DNA of 64,000 bases. It comes from Perna viridis (Eukaryota). Under the pieces are notes generated by a model, which saw nothing but the letters and a program-made list of their open reading frames with translations, was not told where the DNA came from and searched no databases. Position numbers and translations under genes: made by a program. Of the stretch, positions 12,915-29,800 are shown piece by piece. Location of the stretch: assembly GCA_037379345.1 (NCBI GenBank), contig CM074514.1, forward strand, positions 14,136,001 through 14,200,000, written 5' to 3'. Position 1 is the first letter of the stretch, and each line of letters opens with the position of its first letter.

Positions 12915-15900
12915 ATGGCTACATTTATACCAGAAGTTTCTGAGTTGTTATCCACTGCTAGGGAAGCATTTGTGAGGCAATTTGATGTTGAACCAGAAAA
13001 AGCAGCATACGCACCTGGACGTGTGAACCTGATCGGAGAACATACTGACTATAACGACGGATTCGTGCTACCAATGGTTTGTTACACTGAAAATGACTAC
13101 TGCACAACCAGAAACACCATTTAGTATGTGTTTCAAAAAATCTCAAATCACTATTTTCAAATTTTGAGGCTTCAGAGATCTGTCTTATATATTTTATCCC
13201 CCCCCCCGAAAAAAAACAACACACACATTGCACACCCCTTCAACTGCACGAAATTTCAGATTAACTACCTAACTGCCAAGAAATGTCATGCGTACTGAAA
13301 TGTTTTTGGACGTACTGTATTTTAATGAGCTTATTTGTTTGTTCTTTGCATTTTTCACTGGGGTAAAGCGGGTGACCGTAGCGGCCGTTACGGTCATCCA
13401 AAGATTTAGGATGGAAATTCGGATAAGAATAATTTCCTTTAATAAAGTTGTGCTTTAAAGTTATTCAACAAAATAAACATGACGAGTAGTAATTCATAAA
13501 TACTTGATATTTGAGGCTGGAAGCACATGGGTAAAACGTATGGTTAATGAGAAATTACAAGGCAAATATATTTAATTCCTTGTTAAAAGTAACGGCGGGA
13601 TGACCATAACGAAGAATCGGTCTTCTTTTTCTAAGGATGACCGTAACATGCGACAAGAGATGTCCGTAACATGAGAAATATTTCGTAATGAGAGTTTGCA
13701 CTTTACCATAATGATTAACGTTGAATTGCACAAGATTTCACTGAATAATGTTAAAACTGATGTACTTAATAAATTACTTCCAAATGGCTTCTGCTACAAG
13801 CAGTGTTTTGTACAAAATACTGAAAAAAAATACACCTTAAACTATTTAGCACGTTAACGTTGAATCAATGGATTTGGCGATCCATATTTGACTTGAAGAC
13901 TTTCCTGATGTTTCCCTGGGAAAAAGTCCTAAATATAACAACCGGACAGAAAAGTTCCCTCGTGTTAAGTAATGCAGAAACATCATGATAATGTATATCT
14001 ATGGCTGCCGCGTGCGGTAAGGAATATTGATATTGTTGGCTTGCATACGACTGGGAGTGTATGTGTGGCATACAATTTCTATTTTCATATTATAATTCTA
14101 TGTGAGATCTGAACTGTTTTGAATATAATAGAAATGAAAAACAGCTTTGATAGAAAATAGACATAAGAGGTAATCTTTTATTCATATCAAATGATATGAG
14201 AATATTAAGTGGTAGAGTTTTTGGTGATTCAATACACACACACACATAAAGATCACAGGGGTAAAGCGGGTGACTGTAACGGCCATTATGGTCATCCACT
14301 TTACCCTAGTGATCTTTGTGTTGGTAACAGGAGTTTGGTGTTTATTCCAGTTATTGCTGGTGTGGATGTGAACTGTGTAATAATGTTTGGGTTCAGTATA
14401 GTGCCGTCGGATGATATTTGATACACGCTGTGTGTGATATCTGTTTCAAAGATGAAATAAAGAAATACATAAAACGAAACTTAGAAATTGTTACACTTGA
14501 AAATAGAAGAATATTTATATTGTAGGCACTTCAGATGGCGACTGTCGTCGTCGGAAGAAGAACTAGTAACACATCTTGTAGATTGTTAACTCTCGCAGAT
14601 ATCGGAGATGAAACCTACGTGGAGTTTCTAGCACCCAGAAAAGATCAACGACTTCCAACAAGTCCTATACATTGGTCGAACTATGTTATAGGCGTTGTTC
14701 AGCATTACCACGGTAATAACCAATGCTTTTCTGGCTGTTACCACTGAAGCTGTAAGATTAATACAAATTCTTAATAGAGTTTTAAAAAGGCGGTAGCATA
14801 CATGTGGGATGATGATTGGGTTTTTTTTACGGTCTTGACTGTCCTTACGGGTCTCGCACGACCGCCCCTTACGGGGAATCTGTTTGTAATGCCGGTTAGT
14901 AGTAGAAGGTAGCGGAGCCCAGCCTTCGGGATACCTGACCGAAGAATTCAGTCAGAGTATGTCCTACTAGCGGCTGGGCTGCTGTGTTGACGCTCTGGCC
15001 TACTCCCAGACCCCACGTGGGTCACCGCTCCAACTGTTTGGGAGTACGTCAACGTGTAGAGTGCACATACATGTGTATGCGTGTCTTAGTACTTATAGTA
15101 GATTGTGGTAAATAACGAGAAACGTCCACTGAAATGAATCTCTCTCGGATGGTTGAGAAGAAGCCACCATTTTCTGGCACTAGGTCTAACCCTATTCAGC
15201 CATACAAAACTAATCAATAATCCTTATAAACTGTGAGTAGAAAACCATTTAACTCTGAGGGGTGGGACTGGCAGGTTTTGAAAATAAATATTCTGACCTA
15301 CACCTCTTTAAAAATAGATTTTTTTACTTCAGTCCCGACATCAGTAGTATTACAATAACCACTGCAGGTAAATTGTTTTAAGAGGCCATACTCTTTGGTT
15401 CATGGCTGTTTCTGGTATTATGTAGCAAATGACAGTTAAACACATTTTATACCATACTTTCCTCATTATTTCAGGTCCTGTGTTTCCTTTTGACGTAGTA
15501 ATCGTCTCTTCAGTCCCGTTTGGCGGTGGTGTGTCTAGTTCTGCATCACTGCAGGTTGCTATATACACCTTGTTGGACGAATTTAACAATATTCAAACTG
15601 GAAGGGTATCTTTGAAGGACAAAGCCAAGAGGTGTATGGACGCAGAACACGAGTATATCGGTCTCATGGACGGAATAATGGATCAGTTTATATCATTTAC
15701 GGCACAAAAAAAACATGCACTTTTGCTTGATTGTAGGTATATCAACATGCTTCTCATATCATAAATAATATAAAATAGAGGTTTGGAGATCTATATCACA
15801 ACTGGGTTCAGAGAAATGAACATTGAGACGTTTGGTTTCTATTGGCTTAATTACCATCACTACTGTAACATATACTCCTATTGTATGTTTGAGTTACAGA

Positions 15901-18900
15901 GTCACAAAAATCATAATGACTGTGACCCAATGAACAAGTGAATCACATGCAATTAGGTGAAGAAAAAATATCTTTTTTTAACTTCCTGCTCATACTCATT
16001 TCAAATAAGAACAAACAATTTGCAAATTTAACCAGTAAAGCATCGAATTTCTTGTAAAGACCATTACCACAGTTGATTTTGTTTTTTCCTGCTACAGTAA
16101 ATTTTGTTTTCAAGGTCACTGGAGAGTTTTCAAATCCGTATACAAGAAGCTTCGGTGATAGTGCTATTGACAAATTCAAACGTTCGCCATGAACTAATAA
16201 ATACTGAATATCCTACACGAACGCAGCAGTGCAAAGATGTAGCCGCAGTCCTGGGTGTTGGTAGTCTCCGTGATGTATCTTTACAACAACTTAAAGGTTA
16301 AGTTCCATTATGTATGTCAACGGGGGACCAATTGCAAATACAGGGACAATTTGAGGCAAAAATTGGCAAATTATAGTCTTGATCCCCTTTTATAACTTTC
16401 CGGATTTGACCCCTTTTTCAAAATTAATTTTCTCGACCCACACTTGGTTATTATTATTTAAGGAGATTCTGACCTCCACAGTTAGACTAGTGCATGATTG
16501 AAAAAAATATGAAAAAAGATATTTCAGGATTCCATAAAATAGTAATATTATTGCAGAACTTCTAACTGACTATTTATTTAATACGTATGCTAGTTAGAAC
16601 AATATTGCTTTGAATGAGGAAATTTTCAGGTGATTATGCTAGCTTTTTTATTGTATGCAAGGTTTTTTAATGAGTTTCAATACTGATGTTTATTTTGAAC
16701 CACGGTTTAATTAAGCGTGTTTTGTCCTAAACCTAAGCCTTGACCTTTGGCAATCTATATACTATCTGTAAGTTTACCTGTACACCAACCTATCTTTATC
16801 AAGGCTTTTAAAGACTATTCTTATTTTTTGACACGTATTTGCTTCCAGCCGTGAAGTTACATGGATAAGTATGTCAAAATGAGTCTTTACAAAATTGTGA
16901 ATAGATATTTGTAATACTTACAATATCTTAAATCATTCTTGAATACGATTCTAAGCTTAAAGTATTTGACACAAGTCTTTTCATTTGCAGCAAAAAAAGA
17001 CCGAATAGACCCTGTACTTTTTAAAAGAGCGCACCACGTGATAACAGAGATCAAACGTACATCAGAGGCAGCCCGAGCTCTTGAAAGGAACGATGTCGTA
17101 ACAATGGGACAACTTATGGTAGATAGTCACAACTCTCTCAGGTCTGTCGACGGGCTTGGTTTGCAAGTGAAGACATTGACAAGCAATTTCCAAAGTTTCC
17201 AAGAAATAGCAATGACTTTAAAATTTATCTTTTTTTAAGAAAAAAAAAACTGATTCAAACCATTATATCAGACATGAAACAGAAGAGGTTTAATTGAAAA
17301 TTTTATGATCCCACTACCCGACAAGAAGATGTCATGGGCTATACCTGTTCCTTCATAATCCAAATAGGATGTCACCAAGTCTGGAAATAGCTTACCAGTA
17401 CAACTTCATGATTAAATCAAATGTTGATATTCAACACGATACCAGTGGACGGCGTAGTGTGTTCTTGTTTGATTTCTCAGGGCCGTAACTACCATTGGGG
17501 CAATTGAGGCAATTGCCTCCCCTAGAATTTCGGCAACAATAATTTTTTTTCTTCTAAATATAATTGCGCATTTGAAAAATCGATTCCCAGAGAAACTGAA
17601 ATCCGTTTTCTGTGGCAATTGTTTGCTACCGTCGTTGATAAAAAAAAAAAAAACTTGACCGCTGTAGTTGTTAATATTACGAAAACCCAGTACATGTTCA
17701 TACAGTGGCTTGCTCCCACTATCAAATATGCGGCCTCATTAGTATGTAACCTATAGTTATATACTAGTAGTGTCGTATATTTGATAAAGGGAGTAAGCCA
17801 CTGTGATGTACATGAATGATTTACCAACCCGAAATGACTTTCCTCAAGAAGTAGTAAAATGCAACAGGTCAAGTTGAAGTGTATTAGAGACTTTAAACTC
17901 TTTTTGAATGCTTGACAAAAAAGATGGATAATCAAAAAAATTATTTTAGATGCAAACCAAGTGCCAATTTCAAGGATTATTTTGGTGTTCGGGGGTGATT
18001 TAGCATTACAGTAACTCGGGCTTTGGAGTTCAGCGGAAAAATGAATCACACTTCGTCCTCCGATATTTCAATTGGAGTGTCCTAAGTGTAAACTGGTCGA
18101 TTTGAGTGGTCCCTTATATCCAAATGTATGATATGGTCAAAGCTACAGACAAAACAATATCAGTGAAAAAATTATGGAACCCTTTTAAGTCAATAATTAA
18201 AGGACTGTAGCCATATGGGTGGTGGTAAGAAAATCCACTTTCGGGGCAGAATATAACAATAATATAATAAGCGTATAGTGTGTACATCTTTGTTATTTTT
18301 CAAATCTACCAGATTATTAAAATTGCATGTATTTTGTAAAGGAAGATCTGACCAATAGGGCCGAAATTTAAGATAGAGAAAGAAAATGTGGAATAATGTC
18401 AAATGATACATACAAAAACAAATAATTACTTTTGTAATATATATATTTACATCAATTCAAGAAATCATGTTCCCAAACTCCTGGAATATGTCCAATTTTA
18501 TGCCATTACATAAAAAAAATCTGAGGCCCTTAATCGCCGGCCCCTAACCCCTGCCTCCTATGTAAAGGAGTCTTATGTTGAAACTAATCTGACACCACTC
18601 TGTGTTAATTATACCCGTTATAGAAAAAAGATTGAAATTGGTAATTTTTATTTGAAAACCTTTCATAATGTCAGAAAACTAATTCTTGTAGAGATGATTA
18701 TGCAGTATCATGTGCGGAGCTTGACGAATTGGTGATAGCAGCACTAGAAGTTGAGGGTGTATACGGATCCAGGATGACCGGTGGTGGTTTTGGCGGTTGT
18801 ACAGTCACTCTTGTCAAACCTTCATGTATTAATCAGGTCATACACAATATTCAGGTACCCATCTTAAATGACTAAAACGTTGTATTGTAATACTTTAATA

Positions 18901-19189
18901 CTATAACATTGCACTTCGAGAATAATTTTTTGTTGGTGTACTTTGTATATAAATCATTGCTGATCGTGCTTGAGAACTTCTAATATTCAAACCTCTTATG
19001 GAAGTCGATATGCTGTATGAATATTGTTACAAAATGCGACTTACTCAAATAATCGAAATCGGGTAAAGATGAACATCGCTGCATGATTAATTTTACTATA
19101 TTATCTTTCTTTTTCAGACAAAATACTCAAAGAAAGCGACTTTTTATATCTGTAAGCCATCAGGGGGATCAACAGGAATAATTGTTTGA
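12915..19189 (+). CDS. GALK1: Galactokinase 1-like, tandem paralogue B (complete, 7 exons, 392 aa)
   Basis: Exons 12915-13076, 14526-14712, 15475-15736, 16115-16296, 16991-17141, 18692-18854, 19118-19189 total 1179 nt and are open. Motifs: [26 protein letters not shown]...[16 protein letters not shown]. Confidence 0.95.
13356..14321. mobile_element. Non-autonomous DNA transposon with ~45-bp self-palindromic TIRs, in GALK1-B intron 1
   Basis: Left end CACTGGGGTAAAGCGGGTGACCGTAGCGGCCGTTACGGTCATCC. Right end reverse-complements to CACTAGGGTAAAGTGGATGACCATAATGGCCGTTACAGTCACCC. Subterminal GGATGACCRTAAC repeats lie at about 13597-13670. Confidence 0.65.
14807..15065 (-). mobile_element. GC-rich, highly structured SINE/LINE-tail-like insertion in GALK1-B intron 2
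   Basis: Candidate 10-bp TSD CATACATGTG (14797-14806 and 15066-15075). Minus strand ends in a stem-loop, then A8, then (ATC)n. Several long self-complementary stems. Confidence 0.55.
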
Positions 19190-20690
19190 ATACCTTTATA
19201 ATACATGCAACATTATTGTTATTTTCCTTGATGAGATATGTTGTTTTTTTTTCAAATTCAGCATTTGTGTGCACTGAACAGTTTTAGTTTGATTTTATTT
19301 GTACTGTATTCATCATCTCACAAGTTGATTTTGATGGATTTAAAAGAAAACTTTAATTTCGTAACTCGAACTTGGATTTCCAATTAATTCGATGAATGTG
19401 ATATGATGAATGTGAGTCACATAGTAGACGTATTGAGATATAATTTATTGACAATGACAACGTGACAACAGTTTTCGCTTCTTTGCACAACTTTTAAATA
19501 AAAGGCTAGAGGTAGCTGTAATTCTACTTGAAAAAGGATCGCTACCTATCCGTTTTAGCCCTAGCCACCAATAGGCAGGCATGGGCATAGATCAAACTTA
19601 CAATCAAATTTCCAGTAAAAAAAATTCTATTACACTTCACCTGATAAAAGAATGGAAAATAAAATTAAAAGAGCTTTATCGAACTTACATCACCATTCCA
19701 AAAAAAAAAAAATAAATAAATAAAATAAACACAAGGCGAGATATTATGCAAGTTTTCTAGAGGTTGTTCTTTATACTTTTTTGTTTTGGATTGTGGCGTT
19801 TTTGAATTGTTAAAATGCTTAGTCCGTCTATACAAACCTTAAAGCATTGTAAGTTAGAGCTATTGGAGCTTACAGTTAATTGTGAGTTTATCCGCGTGTG
19901 AACTCTATCCGACAATGCATCTCTTGGTCGACACAAATCGAGTGACTTGCTTAAAAAACAAACTAAGCAGACATAACTTTGCTTACAATGCATGGCAGGA
20001 AAAAAGACAAATGTCAAAAATACGGAGATAAAGGCATGAGAAGAACCAAGCAAGCATTGTCAATATTTAAAAACTTAAAATACAAATCGAACACACCTTT
20101 CACAGCATCCATTTTATTTTTCAAAGTGTTCAACCTTTACAAATACGGTTTTGAGCAAACATTAGATTGTTTATGACAACATAAATAATAATAATAAAGA
20201 AAAAGAAAATATTTGATGAATTTTAATTAAACAAAGCACTATGCATTTAATTAACATTGATTCATCACACAGGTGCAAATACTGACAGGTAACATGACTA
20301 TATTTAGTAATAAATAATTTCTATTTATATCACAGTTGTGGCTTTTCTTATTTACAAAGCATCTGATGCTGGGCCTATACACCTCCCTCTAGAAAATACA
20401 TTTTTAGCTTTATAGGTGCAAAAACCATCAATAAAAAGATACTGGCAAAAGTATGACAGACGGAAAGAACAAGAATTAAACCTTATTATGCAAAAGAAAC
20501 AAAGAAAACATAACAACAGACAATACACATAACAAATTGCCCAATAAAGAAGTCAGTATGGTATCACAGTAACAATGATCCAGGCATAATACTGATTCTC
20601 AGTGACAGGTTTTATATTGTTGTTGGCTCCTAAAAAAGTCAGTTTACTCTTTCTCTTCTCAGATTTTGATTTAGAGTTCATTTTTTTTCA

Positions 20691-24813
<4,123 letters not shown>

Positions 24814-25522
24814 CTTGGGTGGTGGAAATGAAGGCTCGGCTTCTGTTCAAGAAAAAAAAAGAACAAAAGTTATAAAGTGGATGCCATAGAAAAAAAATAG
24901 TGGGTTGGGAATGTCCATTCAATACATTCCAATAAAATAACCCAATATCATAAAATTTGTAAGCAAATATATCATTTACCCTGTGTTGATATATATAAGA
25001 CATTGTATATGCTGTAATATTTCCCTTGGTCGTATGTAGCAACCAAAAGCACCACAGTGTATATATCAGGTAAATATAAAAATGCTGTTTCTATCATAAA
25101 CTAAAAACCAAAATGCAGGTTTTGATCAAGAGAAATATAATTTTTGCAATAATTTATAACGTAAAAATAAAAAGTTTAGTAAATGGTAATATAAAACTTA
25201 ACATTACGATTACTGCTGGAGTAGCTAAGTAACTTCAAATTGTTCTCAAGTGAGTTTTGAAAAAAAAGATATACGTAATTCTATAAATATCGATAAGTTA
25301 TACGTGTAATTTGAAATCTTCTTTTCTTGTATACCTCTACAAATGTATTTCAAAGTTAATAAAAAAAACATTTTTTATCAAACGAAATGTTAATTAACAA
25401 ATACCTGATGTGAAACAGTCCAGACACCCAACGAATATTACAAGATATTAAGTATGATAAATTTCAATGATTGTTAATCCTCGTTCTATTTAAATGGCCA
25501 CATACAAATTAGAAATAGTCAA

Positions 25523-25561
25523 TGTTTACGATCCGACCGCTGCTTAGAGACACCAAGCAAC
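25523..25561 (-). promoter_or_regulatory. Putative tektin promoter: forkhead (FOXJ1-type) site plus overlapping RFX X-box-like motifs
   Basis: TGTTTAC at 25523-25529. GTTGCTTGGTGTC and GTCTCTAAGCAGC on the minus strand at 25539-25561, just upstream of the probable first exon. FOXJ1/RFX control of motile-cilia genes is established. Confidence 0.5.
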
Positions 25562-26887
25562 GGGGAAGGAAAAGTGCTCTGGTGCACTATCGATCGAAAT
25601 ACGCTTGAATAGAGCATGAAATACAAGCGACAAGGGCCAGATATTAATGTCATATAAATCCATATGCTGTTAATAATGTGTCGTAATCATATCATGTATG
25701 TTTAAAATATCATGTTTCGTGACTGGTCATATATATTTTAAATAGTTACGGCTTATTACGTGTTGTACACAATCAATTATGCCTCATTGTTATTCCATTT
25801 AACAATTATTGTCACAATGAGTTCTGATATTATTTATTCGGTATTAGTAATCGACTTGGTTGGATATCAGTCTTTTTGCTTTTTCCAATTTTACGTATGA
25901 AGATGAAATACAAGATAGAGAAAGTGGAAAGAGAAACTGTCCAGTGAGGAACCGGTGGGTGGGGAAAGGGGGGGGGTTTGCAGGCCCCATCTTTGTTGGA
26001 TAATGTTAATTTCGCGCAAAAATTGGCATTATTGAGCAAATATTGCCCTGAACTCCCTTTTTCAGGACTACTCCTTTTCAAAATCTCCGACACTGCTGCT
26101 TACCTTCGACTGTCAATCTCACGTAGTAAATACAAAAAGTACTGGTATTCTTCCAATCATATATAAATTTATACATACTTTCAAGAAGGCGCTTAGTACT
26201 AGCATAGGACTAGCAATTTTGCGTCTTCAGATTTATTTTAGTTCAATACCAAATATCAATTGAATTATTAAACTAATTCGTAATCATTTCGTTAAAAATA
26301 TGTTATATTAGATCCCATAGTGGGTATATTTAGAATAAAAAAAAACATAACTAATCAAGTTTCATTAATTTGACGAACTGTGTAACAAATAAATAATAAA
26401 TGAATAAGTTTTATTTAGAAATTAGAGTCGGTATGCAATACATAATAATATTAAATAATGTCACTGCCTGTCATGCAGTACCATATTATTCACCAGATTT
26501 TTACTAAATAGTTATTGAAACTGCATAAAATCCTTGAATTCTATATTTCAATGTGAAGACCAAAAAAGTTATTAAATCGGATCTTGTCCTATGCCACACC
26601 CTCCCCCCTTTTCCCCCACGCATTTTTTCCCGTCCTCCTGAAAACAATAAATAGTAACATATCAACCACCCAAAAGTATTTTTAAAGAAAGAAAGGATGG
26701 ACTTACCACAGTCTGTGTACAGTTTTGCACACTGACATCTGTGGCCACTTGGCAAAATAGCAGATATCATCTTGAAAATTAGTTTTTTGCTTTTGAAATT
26801 TTGCGCCTCACAACATATTTAAACTTCCCGAAATGCACCTGTAGTTGTGGGCGTTACCAAAACCAAGGGCGATAATCTATAAACAAT

Positions 26888-29800
26888 ATGGCGGACGTTC
26901 CAGCGGATGCACCCCAACGTGAGTTGAATTATCATGCAGTTGTTCTCATTAGAGTTTGACAGTAGTGTTTATTGATTTAGAATTGTAGACATTGTTATAT
27001 TGTTACAGTCTATTAATTTGATATACTCGTTTTTATTTTATATTATTCGAGCTTATGTTATTTTTTCCTACATTTGTCTGTCAGAAATTAAATGGAAACG
27101 TGAATTTCAGTCATTTGACTTAGTTATTAGAATTCTTACAGAATTAACATTGGTCTGTTATAATCACTGAAATGATTTTGTTTTGGCACGTCGATAAAAT
27201 TTTAACACAAAATTGCTTTGTGAATTACACTGTCGAAGAGAAACTGTTTTCTTGGGCTTTGAAACAAGTCTATTTTTATATCTCATCAAAATTCTCATGT
27301 CACTAATCACTAAACTATATTGCATGCTTATTAATTTCCCCTAAAGTGCTTGAGTGTAGCTTATTTCAAATTGTAATATAATAATTCCCTTTTAAGTATA
27401 GTATGAGTAATTTTACTCTGATGACATGTTATGACTTTTACATACGTATATTGAATTTTGTTGACAAGTTTTCTTCTTAAATCAAACTTGCAGATGATAC
27501 AAATGTCAATGGAAAATATCAACTCATGTAGTAGCCAATAATTTAAATTTTGATGTCATTTTACTTGTAAATTTGTCTGTAGATTGTCCAGGAACACAAA
27601 GTGTATCAGCTGGTAAAGTTGAAGCTTGTGCTGGGTGTCCAAATCAGTCAATTTGTGCCAGTAGTCAACCTAAAGGCCCAGATAAAGGTCAGTACTCAAT
27701 AAAAAAGGATCAAATTTGTGACTGAGACCTGTAAATTTATATTTTCTGTGAAATGCAATAATTATGCTTCTCTTTAAATATGCCTAGCCTATCTTCCTAG
27801 AAGGGAAGTATTATGGCATACTGTTCTTTGTCCACCTGTCATCACACATTGCACAGTAATTAAAAATGCTTCCACCAATTTTTATGAAACTTCTGTAATT
27901 TTTCCTCTCTTTGATGAGCTCTTTTTCAATTTTTATAAATTTCCAATTTTAATTTGTTTTTGAGTTACTAACTTGGCTTTTTTCACTCAAAAAAGAGTAA
28001 TCTATTCCTCCAAAATCTTAGACCAGTTTTCACCAATCTCAAATTATTAGTTTCTATTGATGTGAGCTATTTTTTAAAATTTTTATAAGGTTTAAAATTT
28101 TATATTTTTCATGCTATGGGACTTAATATCATCAAAATTGAGTGTTTTCTCCTACAGTTAGTATGTAGTACAACAACTCAAATAGTATTCCACATATTTC
28201 TATGAAATTTTTGTGAATTGTATTTCTATTTATGTTAACTCTCTTTCTATTTTGATAAAATTTAGATTTTACATTTTTGAGTCCTGGGAAGTTGATCTTT
28301 TGATACTGAGTAATTTCCATATTGATCTATCATGTCACATCCATTCCTTCTGTATCGTGTATTTGGATTGATGCATATCATAGAAGCATGTTTTGGGTGA
28401 TTTTGCAAGTTTATCCATAAGCCTTACAAACTTTGTCAAGAAAAAGTCCTATTATGCTGGAATATATCAAAATGTGATAAAACCATTTTTGTGTACAGAA
28501 AATATCATATAAAGTTGTTATTCAATAGGCAATTCAGAAGGTATAGAATTTGGACAAACCAACATGTAGTAGCTGAATGTTTTATACATTTTTTTTGTTT
28601 TTATTTCTATCTTTATTGCCAAAGTCGATACAAACTGAAAGTTTACATTTCATTTGAATTATGTTAACACTAGATTTAAATGTATAAACCCAAATTTTGC
28701 CACAGAATAACAGATAGTGTTTGTTGAAATTATACATTAATAAGGCTAATTTAATAAAATGATTCTAAGAGGTCTGTAAATAAATTTACCAGTGCCAAAA
28801 TTACACAGTTCTTTCTTTTCCATCATTTGTTCTCATCAGTTTAATAAATTTGTACATTTTTGCTGATGTATTTCCCTTTGTGTCTCAGTCTGTCCACAGT
28901 TTGTAACAAAACACAAATACTTACAGATATTATAATTTCTTTACCATGTTTTTTTTTGTCCTTACGGAAGGAAACTCCATTTCACTTTTAGTTATTTTCT
29001 TATTTTTATTTCAGAGTTAAGGGACTTTGACTATCATAAAGGAGGGACAGTTGTTCATTTGCTTTAGGGCAGCTGTTTATTAAAAGTAAAATATTTTAAT
29101 ATATAGTATTTGCCAAAGTAAATGGTACATCATACAAGCTGATTAGTAAATGTAGTTCTGACTGTGTTATCTATCATCTCATTAGCACAAAACCAGACAG
29201 ATTTATCTTTAGGCTTTAGTAAAGATTCAAAGAATTTTCTATAGGAACATTGTCTTTAAGGTATCTTACATGTGTTTTTGTTGCAGATGTTGGTGAAATA
29301 AAAAATAGATTATCTTCTGTGAAGCACAAGATAATTATATTATCAGGGAAAGGAGGTGTTGGAAAGAGTACTTTTACAGCTCATCTAGCTCATGGCCTGG
29401 CTGCTCAACCTGATACCCAGGCAAGTAACAGCTCATCTAGCTGATGGCATGACTGCTCAACCTGATAATTGTGTAGGTTAGAGCTCATCTTGGTCATGGC
29501 ATGCTGCTCAACCTGATAATCAGGTAGGTTACAGCTTATCTAGATCATGGCCTGGCTGTTCAACCTGATAATCAGGAAGATTACTGCGCACCTAGCCCAT
29601 GGCATGATTGCTCAACCTGAAATTTGGGTGTTACAGCTAAATGAATATTGGTATGGCACAATTGCATTGTCAATAGACACTTTCTTCAGTGCAACAAACC
29701 AATATAAAACTTTGTATAGACTTATTTCAGGGCCAATTTCAATGAAGTTTTATTTACTGGTAAAGTATTGAAACTTTTAGACTTTTCTGATATTCTGAAT

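Noticed and set aside
15185-15193. CTAACCCTA resembling a telomerase RNA template next to the structured element
   Set aside because: It lies 3' of the structured block on this strand, with no recognisable pseudoknot or H/ACA domain downstream. A 9-mer is expected by chance.
17478-17530. CAGGGCCGTAACTAC MITE-like left end in a GALK1-B intron
   Set aside because: No matching right TIR or TSD was found, so the boundaries cannot be supported.
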